64,000 nucleotides of DNA, taken from positions 19,615 through 83,614 of the forward strand of contig CAKQWJ010000005.1 of assembly GCA_934278925.1 (NCBI GenBank), in the 5' to 3' direction. The position numbers were made by a program, and so were the translations under genes. The notes beneath the pieces were generated by a model. The model had not been told where the DNA came from. It ran no database searches and saw only the letters and a list, made by a program, of their open reading frames with translations. This document shows positions 9,205 to 17,249 of this stretch, piece by piece. Position 1 is the first letter of the stretch, and every line of letters begins with the position of its first letter. Source of the DNA: an uncultured Clostridia bacterium. GTDB lineage: Bacteria; Bacillota; Clostridia; Peptostreptococcales; Anaerovoracaceae.

Positions 9205-9415
9205 GCCGCCGGCCGGGCCGCCTTCTTCCTTTTTTCAGGCCCGCGGTTCGCGCTCGAAAACCGAATTCATTGGCTTTGCGGGCAGGCGAGCGCGAACTTT
9301 GCCGCCGGCCGGGCCGCTTTCTTCCTTCTTTCAGGCCCGCGGTTCGCGCTCGAAAACCGAATTCATTGGCTTTGCGGGCAGGCGGGCGCGAACCGGGCCG
9401 CCGGCCGGGCCGGGC
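9205..9415. repeat. Tandem direct repeat, ~2.2 copies of a 95-96 bp unit (gccgccggccgggccgcyttcttcc…ggcccgcggttcgcgctcgaaaaccgaattcattggctttgcgggcaggcgrgcgcgaac)
   Basis: Copies start at 9205, 9301 and 9396 (partial). Each unit contains the perfect 11-bp inverted repeat gttcgcgctcg/cgagcgcgaac around a ~31-nt loop that includes 'ggctttgcggg', the same motif seen in the other two arrays. Confidence 0.85.
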
Positions 9416-9426
9416 ACAAATAAGAA

Positions 9427-9454
9427 GGGAGCTTGCGCCCGGCGCAAGCTCCCC
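9427..9454. terminator. GC-rich hairpin (gggagcttgcgcccggcgcaagctcccc) 3' of proC; weak terminator candidate
   Basis: A 12-bp stem sits ~35 bp downstream of the proC stop on the minus strand. The trailing U-tract is poor (cttcttatttg). Confidence 0.35.
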
Positions 9455-9488
9455 ACATCTTAAAAATCCAATTAAATCCCCTGCTTCA

Positions 9489-10280
9489 TTACATGCTTCT
9501 GGATTTCCGGGTGGCGGCGGACACGCACTTGATGGTCGCCGCACGGAAGCCGTTATCTTCCAGTACTTCACATCCTTCAATTGTGGTTCCGGCCGGGGAA
9601 GTCACCATGTCCTTCAGCTGACCCGGGTGCATGCCGGTATCCTTCAGGAGTTTCGCGGATCCCAGCACCGTCTGAATTGCCAGCTCGTAAGCCACATCAC
9701 GGGTCAAACCTTCTTTTACGCCGCCATCGGCCAGTGCCTCCACGAACATTGCCACGTATGCCGGGCCGCCGCCGGAAAGACCGCAGGCCGCATCCAGGTC
9801 GTAGGTTTTGACCCAGGTAATGGTGCCGATGGACTCGAAGAGCTTCGTGGCAAAATCCCGCTCCGCCTCCGTCAGATCGTTTTCCTTGCTGCAGGCGAAC
9901 GCCCCTTCAAAAACAAGCGCCGGGGTATTCGGAAGCAGCCGCAGAATGCGGAATTCTTTTACCGTGCAAGCATCCCGAAGACGCTCTACGGACACCCCCG
10001 GAAGGATGGACAGCATTGCCTTGCCCTGCAGCCCCTTTCCGGTCTGTGCCATGGCATCCGGCATCTGCTGTGGTTTTACCGCCAGAAGGGTCACGTCCGT
10101 GTTTGCGGTGACATCTTCATCGTCCTTCGCCACCGTCAGGCCGAACTCCTCCGCCGCTTTCCGCGCCGACTCCTTGATATCGTAGACCAGCACGTCTTCC
10201 TTTGCCAGAACGCCGCTAGCCACCGCACCTTTCACGATGGCACCGCCCATGTTTCCGAATCCAATTACGCCAAATTTCAT
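9489..10280 (-). CDS. proC: Pyrroline-5-carboxylate reductase
   Basis: MKFGVIGFGNMGGAIVKG… NAD(P)-binding N-terminus and a ProC C-terminal dimerisation domain (…GGGPAYVAMFVEALADGGV…SPAGTTIEG…). Confidence 0.9.
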   Translation of the reverse strand: MKFGVIGFGNMGGAIVKGAVASGVLAKEDVLVYDIKESARKAAEEFGLTVAKDDEDVTANTDVTLLAVKPQQMPDAMAQTGKGLQGKAMLSILPGVSVERLRDACTVKEFRILRLLPNTPALVFEGAFACSKENDLTEAERDFATKLFESIGTITWVKTYDLDAACGLSGGGPAYVAMFVEALADGGVKEGLTRDVAYELAIQTVLGSAKLLKDTGMHPGQLKDMVTSPAGTTIEGCEVLEDNGFRAATIKCVSAATRKSRSM

Positions 10281-10313
10281 CTCAAGTACCTTCTTTCTGT
10301 TTCGTTCAATTTC

Positions 10314-11000
10314 TTAGAACCGTTCTCCCTCAAATTCCAAAATCCGATCGTATTCCGCCTGACCGAAGAGTTTTACGTAATCCTGCACCGCCTTCCGGAT
10401 GATTTCATCGGCACTCTCCGGGAACGCTTTCTGAATTTCATCGGTGATGGTGTAGTAGATGTGCGCCGTGTGGTAGTCGAAATCCCGCATGGCCGAAGTG
10501 CCCAACTCCTGTTTCTTCCGGTTCATTTTCGCCAGGTCTTCCTCCGTCAGCGGCTGCCCCCAGTCGAACTCGCAGCGCTTGCCGCCCCAGCTCATGGTCG
10601 GCACGTTGGGCGTACAGACGAAATCCTCGCAGAATCCCTCGTACACCGCCTTGTCCACGTTCACGCAGTATTCCCGGCCGTACTCCAACAGGCCATACTT
10701 ATTCCAGGCGTCGCACCACGCGCATTTGCTGATGTAGCTCTTCAGGGTCGGTTCCGTCTCGTCGTATCCGAACTCCATCTGGCCCTCGTAATCCGGCTTC
10801 CACTCGCCGTAGGCCTGATTGGTCCACAGAGCAATCGGGTCCCCGTTGGCTTTCGCCCGAGCCGCCATCCGTGCGCCCCGCTCCCGGCCGTACCGAATCA
10901 TGCCTTTCTGAATGACATCCCGACCTTTCTCACCCTCGGTTTCCACCGTGTATTTGCAAAGTAGCGCGAACACGATTGCTTGATTTTCAATTCTCAGCAT
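10314..11000 (-). CDS. Conserved Cys/Trp-rich hypothetical protein, tentatively L-2-amino-thiazoline-4-carboxylate hydrolase-like family
   Basis: Start at ATG 11000 (MLRIENQAIVFALL…) with RBS AAGGAGG. Contains …CAWCDAWNKYGLLEYGREYC…. The family assignment is from memory of the motif and is not verified. Confidence 0.4.
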   Translation of the reverse strand: MLRIENQAIVFALLCKYTVETEGEKGRDVIQKGMIRYGRERGARMAARAKANGDPIALWTNQAYGEWKPDYEGQMEFGYDETEPTLKSYISKCAWCDAWNKYGLLEYGREYCVNVDKAVYEGFCEDFVCTPNVPTMSWGGKRCEFDWGQPLTEEDLAKMNRKKQELGTSAMRDFDYHTAHIYYTITDEIQKAFPESADEIIRKAVQDYVKLFGQAEYDRILEFEGERF

Positions 11001-11273
11001 TTGCCTACCTCCTTGGTTGCTTATTAGCACTCACTATACGCTTTTCTGTTTTAAAATTCAATATTTTACAGGAATGTTTATCCTATGTACCAAATTATAT
11101 GCTTTTTCGCCCGCTTCCTCAACCGTTAATCCATCGATAAAAAGAATTTCATCTCCCCATTTACGATAGATATAATCAATAGATTTTTTTGAAGATTTAA
11201 TATGAATTTAGCATTTTGAGGAGTATAATATAATAAAAGAAGAAAATGGTGCGAAGAAAACTACTAAAGTACA

Positions 11274-11654
11274 TTGAGTATTCCTTTCGACTTTTATAAC
11301 AAATCTGACACGGATGAAATAAGGCGGTACACGGAGGAAAGATATGGCATTTCAATTGATTACATAAACCTTTTAAATCAGCGATATCTGTATCAACAAT
11401 CAAATGATGCGGGAAAAAGAAAGTGGTTAACGGTGGAAGATGATTGTGTCGTTGATTTCTGCAACAATTTTGAGGGAGAATTATACCGAATATATCAAAA
11501 GGACAACGTCTGTATACTGATGAAAAGGATTGATGAACAACTTCGGGGGTACCATTCTCCTTTGACGAATTCGGTATCTGCAGATGAGAAACATTCATTA
11601 GCAACCTGGCAAGAAGACATTTCAGAATTGATAATTGCAGCGCAGTTGGATTAA
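11274..11654 (+). CDS. Hypothetical protein in an AT-rich islet (TTG start as given by the track; the true start is uncertain)
   Basis: 126-codon ORF in a visibly AT-rich stretch with no recognisable motifs. The coding call rests only on ORF length and codon look. Confidence 0.3.
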   Translation: MSIPFDFYNKSDTDEIRRYTEERYGISIDYINLLNQRYLYQQSNDAGKRKWLTVEDDCVVDFCNNFEGELYRIYQKDNVCILMKRIDEQLRGYHSPLTNSVSADEKHSLATWQEDISELIIAAQLD

Positions 11655-11713
11655 ATCCGGTTCATAATTTCCAGTATAACATTAAAACACTGATCGTAAA
11701 GGAGATGATTATC

Positions 11714-11782
11714 ATGTCAATTTATGGAAAGAGAATGTGCTCTTCACTGACCGGAGATACCCCTGCTGGTGATTTGAATTAA
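11714..11782 (+). CDS. Candidate small peptide (22 aa: MSIYGKRMCSSLTGDTPAGDLN)
   Basis: RBS AAGGAG sits 10 nt upstream of ATG 11714, in an AT-rich intergenic stretch and directly upstream of a second small ORF. Confidence 0.3.
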   Translation: MSIYGKRMCSSLTGDTPAGDLN

Positions 11783-11796
11783 TTGGTGGTATAGCT

Positions 11797-11913
11797 ATGG
11801 ATAGTATTATGAAAGCATTAGAGGCGAGAGGACAAGCGTTAACGCTTCCTCTGATTGCTGCGGGAATCATTTTAGCGGTTGTACTGATTTGGAATTTTCG
11901 TCCGAAAAAGTAG
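11797..11913 (+). CDS. Candidate small hydrophobic peptide (38 aa: MDSIMKALEARGQALTLPLIAAGIILAVVLIWNFRPKK)
   Basis: RBS-like GGTGG sits 7 nt upstream. The peptide has one predicted transmembrane helix and a C-terminal basic tail, the architecture of type I toxins or small membrane regulators. Confidence 0.35.
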   Translation: MDSIMKALEARGQALTLPLIAAGIILAVVLIWNFRPKK

Positions 11914-12031
11914 AATATTAATTAATCAATACTGGAAATATTGAGCTCCAGGGGTGAGGCCATGAAACATTTCGCCCCTGGAAATAAATGTAAAACGGGG
12001 CTTCGAAATATGAAAAGAAAGGAGAATCAAT

Positions 12032-12427
12032 GTGAATAGGAACAAAAATATTAGAAACTTCACAGTAATTGGAATCTGCTGCTACGGAATTCGACTTTTC
12101 TGGAAACCGGAAATACCAAATACAATTTCACTGGTGGGTGGAATTATTGTAGCAGTAATTGGATTAATTCTGATTAGAGTAGAACAGAAGACATCGAATA
12201 ATGAATATTACTACGGAAAAAACGGTGGTGGACTTGCACCGGTTGTGCAGGTTGTAAATGGCGCCTTCATACTGGGTATTTCCATTGCTTTATTCACAAT
12301 TAACGCACTGGCAGGCATTGTTTGGTATTTTGCTAATTCTTTTGCTGACCAAAACGGCTGTATAAGAGAGAGATGTGAAGCGCTGTGCGGAGGCAGGTTG
12401 AACTCCGCACAGCACTTTTCACTTTGA
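12032..12427 (+). CDS. Small integral membrane protein (hypothetical), GTG start
   Basis: RBS AAAGGAG sits 8 nt upstream of GTG 12032. The protein has 3-4 predicted transmembrane helices (…FTVIGICCYGIRLFW…LVGGIIVAVIGLILI…AFILGISIALFTINALAGIVWYF…). A hairpin (12382-12414) overlaps its 3' end. Confidence 0.5.
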   Translation: MNRNKNIRNFTVIGICCYGIRLFWKPEIPNTISLVGGIIVAVIGLILIRVEQKTSNNEYYYGKNGGGLAPVVQVVNGAFILGISIALFTINALAGIVWYFANSFADQNGCIRERCEALCGGRLNSAQHFSL

Positions 12428-12469
12428 AATTATAAAGTGCGGAATAATTCTTTTGTGTTTGGAGCTGTC

Positions 12470-13840
12470 TTATTTGTTGTTAATGCGACAGCCCCTTTTC
12501 TTCCATTCCTCTGCCGCTTCCAGCAGCGCCTCCCGGCGGTTCTCCAGGTCCCCTTCCAGCACCCGGTCCAGGATTTCATCCAACACCCGGCCCACTTCCA
12601 GTCCCCGGGGCACCCCCAGCTCCAGCACATCCCGGCCATCGATGGCCAGGTCCTTCCGCTTCAGCACCCCTTCTTTCTCCACCACAATCTGCACCAGCTC
12701 CCGGAACGCATCGATGGCCGCCGCCCGCTCTTCTCGCACGTGCTCCGCCTGGGACAGCACGTCCCCGCGCTCCAGCTCGATCAGCCGCATCAGCTGCTCT
12801 TCCCCCAGCTGGTTCAGCCGCCGGCGGACGTACTTTTCCGTGCGGTTAAAAACATATCCGTGGGATGCCACCAGTTCCGTCACGTCCTTTACCGTTTTCC
12901 GGTCGTAGCGAAGCCTCTTTAGAATCGCCTCCGCCATCTCTGCGGACACCTGCTCGTGACCGTAGAAGTGACCCCAATTTTCTTTTACCACAAAACACCT
13001 CGGCTTCCCGATATCGTGGAACAGCGCCGCCAAACGCAGCACCGGTTCCGGCGGCACATTGTCCACCACGTGGAGGATGTGCTCGTACACATCGTAACAA
13101 TGAAACGGATTTTGCTGATTGAAATCGAAGGTCTCCCGAAGCTCCGGAATCACCTCGGCGAAAACATCTCGGTATTCCCGAAGCACCGGAAGGGGATTCG
13201 GCGCGGTCAGCGTTTTCTCTATTTCCACCCGAATGCGCTCCGGTGAAATCTGCCGAAGCAGGTGTTTTTTCTCGTGAATGGCCCGGCCGGTGTTCGACTC
13301 AACCTCGTATCCCAGCTGAGCCGCAAAACGCACGCCCCGAAGAATCCGAAGGGCATCCTCTTCGAAACGCTGCACCGGATCGCCCACAGCGCAAATCTGC
13401 CGCCGGGCGAAATCCTCTTCGTACCCCGGCACGCCCCGCAGGTTTCCATCCAGATCCATGGCCACCGCATTGATTCGAAAATCCCGGCGCTCCAAATCCT
13501 GCTCCAGAGAGCGGGTGAAGGTGACCGCATCCGGCCGCCGATGATCCGTATATTCCCCATCCACCCGGTAGGTGGTGACCTCGTAGGCTTTGTGGTCCAC
13601 AATCACCCCGATGGTTCCGTGGGCCTTTCCGATTTCCAGCGTCCCAAAATCCCGAAACACCGCTTCCGTTTCCTCCGGCAGCGCATTGGTGGTAATGTCG
13701 TAATCCCCCGGCTGCCGTCCCAGAATCAGGTCCCGCACTGCGCCCCCCACCAGGTACGCCTCGTATCCCGCCGCCTGAAGCCGTTCCATAATGAACCGAG
13801 CCTCCGCCGGAATCCGTTCCTTATAAGTCATCAAATTCAT
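12470..13840 (-). CDS. cca: CCA-adding tRNA nucleotidyltransferase with C-terminal HD domain
   Basis: PolyA-polymerase head motif (GGAVRDLILGRQPGDYDITT) and HD motif (LAALFHDIGKP); 456 aa. Confidence 0.9.
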   Translation of the reverse strand: MNLMTYKERIPAEARFIMERLQAAGYEAYLVGGAVRDLILGRQPGDYDITTNALPEETEAVFRDFGTLEIGKAHGTIGVIVDHKAYEVTTYRVDGEYTDHRRPDAVTFTRSLEQDLERRDFRINAVAMDLDGNLRGVPGYEEDFARRQICAVGDPVQRFEEDALRILRGVRFAAQLGYEVESNTGRAIHEKKHLLRQISPERIRVEIEKTLTAPNPLPVLREYRDVFAEVIPELRETFDFNQQNPFHCYDVYEHILHVVDNVPPEPVLRLAALFHDIGKPRCFVVKENWGHFYGHEQVSAEMAEAILKRLRYDRKTVKDVTELVASHGYVFNRTEKYVRRRLNQLGEEQLMRLIELERGDVLSQAEHVREERAAAIDAFRELVQIVVEKEGVLKRKDLAIDGRDVLELGVPRGLEVGRVLDEILDRVLEGDLENRREALLEAAEEWKKRGCRINNK

Positions 13841-14058
13841 CGTCCTTTAAATCCTCACCGAAAAAATTCGTCCGAAAACATTCGTCATATCGCTGCGCGT
13901 GCATCGGATCGATTTTGCAATAATACTCGAAGGCATTGTACGGCTCCGGCTTCCGATTCCGTTCCTCCAGCTTCTTCACGTTGACCCATTTCCCGTCGAT
14001 ATACTCAATATTCGAGGCCCAGCAAGCGAAACAAAAAATCAATATTAAAAGTAGCATG
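13821..14058 (-). CDS. Small hypothetical protein (79 aa) with hydrophobic N-terminus and acidic C-terminus, apparently translationally coupled to cca
   Basis: RBS AAAGGAG sits 7 nt upstream of ATG 14058 (MLLLILIFCFACWASNIEYIDGKW…DDEFDDL). Its stop overlaps the cca start by 20 nt. Confidence 0.4.
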
Positions 14059-14211
14059 TTCTCACTCCTTTCACGACCCAAAACTTTCACGGTCCAAAAT
14101 CTCCGTCTTTACCGGTATTCTACCCCCTTTCCCCGTCGCTGGGAAGCACATCTTCTGTTTCACGACCGCAATGAGAGCTTTCTTTCCCAATTAAAGGGGC
14201 CATCTCGCCGT

Positions 14212-14510
14212 TAATGTGAAGTTGAGGTGAAACGTTATGCATTTCCGGCTTTTCCCGCCAAATTGCGACAACATCCCCTCAAAAATTCAACTCACGGTAA
14301 AAATAAATTCGCCCCGGCCCGCACGCCCGGCCTTCCCAATGTGATCATCTTATGAAAAGTTGTGCATTTCCCCGGTGCGGAAGCCATTTTGCGCAACATC
14401 GCCTCCCGGATTTTTCCCGAATCCCTTCCCCAAAGCCGGCGATGTTGTGCAAAATGGCTCTTTTACCCCGCATATGCATAACACTTCACACCAACTTCAC
14501 ATTCCGCATC
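14212..14510. mobile_element. MITE-like ~300 bp element, copy A, with ~15/17-bp terminal inverted repeats (AATGTGAAGTTGAGGTG … CACACCAACTTCACATT)
   Basis: About 97% identical to 15585-15883 in direct orientation. Internal structure includes a 19-bp inverted repeat (cattttgcgcaacatcgcc / ggcgatgttgtgcaaaatg) and an internal ~50-bp imperfect duplication. Confidence 0.7.
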
Positions 14511-14581
14511 GCCGACTCCTTCGCCACGCATACAAAAAGAGTGATTCGCCGCGCGAATCACTCTCCTGCTTTTACAAACAT

Positions 14582-15484
14582 TCAGGCAGCCATCTTCCAC
14601 AACTTCTTTTGAGAAAGAAGAAACTCCCTTGCATCGACACTGGCCCCCTCCGTCACACAATCAGCATAGAAATAGCACCGGCAAAGTTCCTGTATAATGC
14701 CCATATCAATTCCTCCATCCGGCTTCTCATAGGACGCAATTAAATTCGCACCGATTACAAATCCAATCTTTGCATATTCCTCGGTTTTCTCGCAGAAGCG
14801 TTCTCGATACCTCCGAGAATAATCCCGATGAAACCACATTCCCAAATGCTCCCAGACATACACCCGCATCGTCTTCGGATGCAGAATCAGGAAATCCGGT
14901 ACGAGAATCCGATTTCCTATCTTAATCGGGAACTCGTACACGACTACCAGCCCCATCGCCGTAAACAAATCATACAGCATTGCCTCTGCCCGGCTCCGCA
15001 CCTTCGTGCCGTCCCTGGTTTCCACCGTCAGCTCCTCAGGCCTATATGGAGAATGTGCCTTCTTTATTTTCTCCATTTGCTTCTTCCACCGAGCCGGAAA
15101 CGACCGATCCTGGAATTGCGCCTCCAAATCCTCCGGCACATAAGTACTCGGCATCGCCCGCCGCACGGTTTCCGCATTCAGCACATGAAACGTCGCCTTC
15201 AGATTATCCAACAAATTGATATTCTCATCAATCAGCTCCAGCATCTTCTCGCACAAATGCAGCTCCTGAATTTTCCGCACCAATGGGAAATCCCGCTTTC
15301 CCAGATATCGCTTCGGTTCCCCCTTCATCCAACAGGAAAAATACTTCCGCCCCCGACTATAGCTGATTTTCAATCGGTACTCCGACATATCCTTCACCCG
15401 TTCCCGCCGCCGGCTGTACACGGTTCGCAGCTGCTTCTGCCGCTCCAGTTCTCGCTCGATAAGCCACTTTGTAATAAATTCCAC
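14582..15484 (-). CDS. Hypothetical protein with a PD-(D/E)xK-nuclease-like core (TnsA/Hjc-like pattern), flanked by the two MITE-like repeats
   Basis: 300 aa. The C-terminal region …RSRAEAMLYDLFTAMGLVVVYEFPIKIGNRILVPDFLILHPKTMRVYVWEHLG… fits the E…(Y/P)…PDF…(E/Q)x(K) arrangement of restriction-endonuclease-fold proteins. Assignment is by motif only. Confidence 0.4.
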   Translation of the reverse strand: MEFITKWLIERELERQKQLRTVYSRRRERVKDMSEYRLKISYSRGRKYFSCWMKGEPKRYLGKRDFPLVRKIQELHLCEKMLELIDENINLLDNLKATFHVLNAETVRRAMPSTYVPEDLEAQFQDRSFPARWKKQMEKIKKAHSPYRPEELTVETRDGTKVRSRAEAMLYDLFTAMGLVVVYEFPIKIGNRILVPDFLILHPKTMRVYVWEHLGMWFHRDYSRRYRERFCEKTEEYAKIGFVIGANLIASYEKPDGGIDMGIIQELCRCYFYADCVTEGASVDAREFLLSQKKLWKMAA

Positions 15485-15584
15485 TCTCTCACCTCCTTTG
15501 CCCCCATTATCTCACAAAAAAAATTCCCCTTCAGTACACATTTTACGGCTATGGCAGTAAGCCCTCGCGTGCCTTCCGGAGCGC

Positions 15585-15883
15585 TAATGTGAAGTTGAGG
15601 TGAAACGTTATGCATTTCCGGCTTTTCTCGCCAAATTGCGACAACAATCTCCCAAAAATTCAACTCACGGTAAAAATAAATTCGCCCCGGCCCGCACGTC
15701 CGGCCTTCCCAATGTGATCATCTTATGAAAAGTTGTGCATTTTCCCGGTGCGGAAGCCATTTTGCGCAACATCGCCTCCCGGATTTTTCCCGAATCCCAT
15801 CCCCAAAGCCGGAGATGTTGTGCAAAATGGCCCTTTTACCCCGCATATGCATAACACTTCACACCAACTTCATATTCCGCATC
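15585..15883. mobile_element. MITE-like ~300 bp element, copy B (direct repeat of 14212-14510)
   Basis: Near-identical to copy A over ~300 bp with the same terminal inverted repeats. Its flanks differ from those of copy A. Confidence 0.7.
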
Positions 15884-15956
15884 TAATGCGAGGTTTTCCT
15901 TATACAAAAGGAGTGATTCGCCCCGCGAATCACTCCCCACTCTTCTCTTTTCTTTT

Positions 15957-17129
15957 TTAGAAACATTCCTTATAGATCTCATAGATCTCATCCTGCCGGA
16001 TTTCCCGGAAAGCGCCGCCGGCGGTGTAGCAGGAATCGGCGATTTCCCGAAGGTCTGTGCTTTCGTCCACGCCCAGTTCCCTCAGGGTTCCCGGAAGTCC
16101 GCACTCCCGGATGAAATCCTCCAGCGCCTGAATGCCTGCCAGCGCCAGGGCCTCTTCATCGGCATAGTCTGCCGGATTCAGGCCCCACACGTTCGTCGCA
16201 AAACGGGTGAATTTCCCCAGACCGTCCCGGAAAATATGACGGTAATAGGTCGGGTGCAGCACCGCGAGTCCCTCTCCGTGGTTGCAGTCCGTATAGGCAC
16301 TCAGCTGGTGCTCCATGTTGTGAACCTCGAAATCCTTGGTTTTGCCCATCTTGATAATCCGGTTTTCCGCCATGGAAGCCTCCCACATGATGTTGCTTCG
16401 CGCATCATAGTCCTCCGGATTCTGAAGGGCTTTGCGGAGATCCCGGATGACGCCCTTCATCAGGGCCTCGGAAATATCATCAGACACGTTGTCCTCAATC
16501 GGGAAACTGAAATAGGTTTCCATGATATGGGACAGGATATCGAAAGTGCCTGCCCGCAGCTGCCGCAGCGGCATGGAATAGGTGTAGGTCGGATCCATCA
16601 GGGCGAAATCCGCATTCATCCGCGGATAGTCCCGGTCGGTCTTTATGTGTTTCTCCGTATTGGTCAGCACTGCGGAACCGTTCACCTCACTGCCAGTGGC
16701 CGGCATGGTTACGATCATGCCCAGCGGCAGTGGATCGAAATTCAAATTGCCCGGCTTTTCCCAGAACTCTTCCCACACGTCGCCGTCGTAAGGAACGGCG
16801 ATGGAAATGGATTTGCAGCAGTCCATTACACTGCCGCCGCCCATAGCCAGAATCCAGGTAACCCCCTGTTCCTTTGCCAGACGGGCACCCTCCTGCATTT
16901 TCTCCAGGGTTGGGTTGGACATGATGCCGCTGAACTCCACGATCTCCACGCCGGCATCCTTCAGGATTCCGGTGACTTCATCGTATACGCCGTTCTTCTT
17001 AACGGAGCCGCCGCCGTATCCCAGCAACACCTTGCCGCCATAGCCAGCGGCCAGCACCGGCAGCTTTTCTGCCACCACACCTTTTCCGAAATATACCTTC
17101 GTCCGATTCTCAAACTCAAAATTATTCAT
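15957..17129 (-). CDS. Iron-containing (group III) alcohol dehydrogenase, butanol-dehydrogenase/YqhD-like
   Basis: Start at ATG 17129 (MNNFEFENRTKVYFGKG…). Fe-ADH signatures are present: GGGSVMD at the NAD site and metal-binding His residues (…HNMEHQLSAY…HGEGLAV…). Confidence 0.85.
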   Translation of the reverse strand: MNNFEFENRTKVYFGKGVVAEKLPVLAAGYGGKVLLGYGGGSVKKNGVYDEVTGILKDAGVEIVEFSGIMSNPTLEKMQEGARLAKEQGVTWILAMGGGSVMDCCKSISIAVPYDGDVWEEFWEKPGNLNFDPLPLGMIVTMPATGSEVNGSAVLTNTEKHIKTDRDYPRMNADFALMDPTYTYSMPLRQLRAGTFDILSHIMETYFSFPIEDNVSDDISEALMKGVIRDLRKALQNPEDYDARSNIMWEASMAENRIIKMGKTKDFEVHNMEHQLSAYTDCNHGEGLAVLHPTYYRHIFRDGLGKFTRFATNVWGLNPADYADEEALALAGIQALEDFIRECGLPGTLRELGVDESTDLREIADSCYTAGGAFREIRQDEIYEIYKECF

Positions 17130-17193
17130 CGTTCTTCCCTCTGTTAATTTTCTTCTTAAAGAATTGCATTTCATGCTTCTCCATCTTACAACA

Positions 17194-17238
17194 AAAAAGT
17201 CTTTTTCCGCAAGACTGTTGCGGAAAAAGACTTTTTTG
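17194..17238. terminator. Rho-independent terminator 3' of lon (aaaaagtctttttccgc…gcggaaaaagactttttt)
   Basis: A 12-13 bp stem with a T-run sits immediately downstream of the lon stop codon (17250) on the minus strand. Confidence 0.75.
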
Positions 17239-17249
17239 CATAATGACTT

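Noticed and set aside
11197-11604. A 135-aa minus-strand ORF overlapping the 11274-11654 plus-strand ORF in the AT-rich islet.
   Set aside because: Its translation is low-complexity (…FFFPHHLIVDTD…FFFYYIILLKMLNSY), typical of random AT-rich sequence. It has no RBS.
12382-12414. Hairpin gctgtgcggag…ctccgcacagc at the 3' end of the 12032-12427 ORF, considered as a separate regulatory element.
   Set aside because: It is most simply the terminator of that gene, overlapping the last codons. It has no other distinguishing features.
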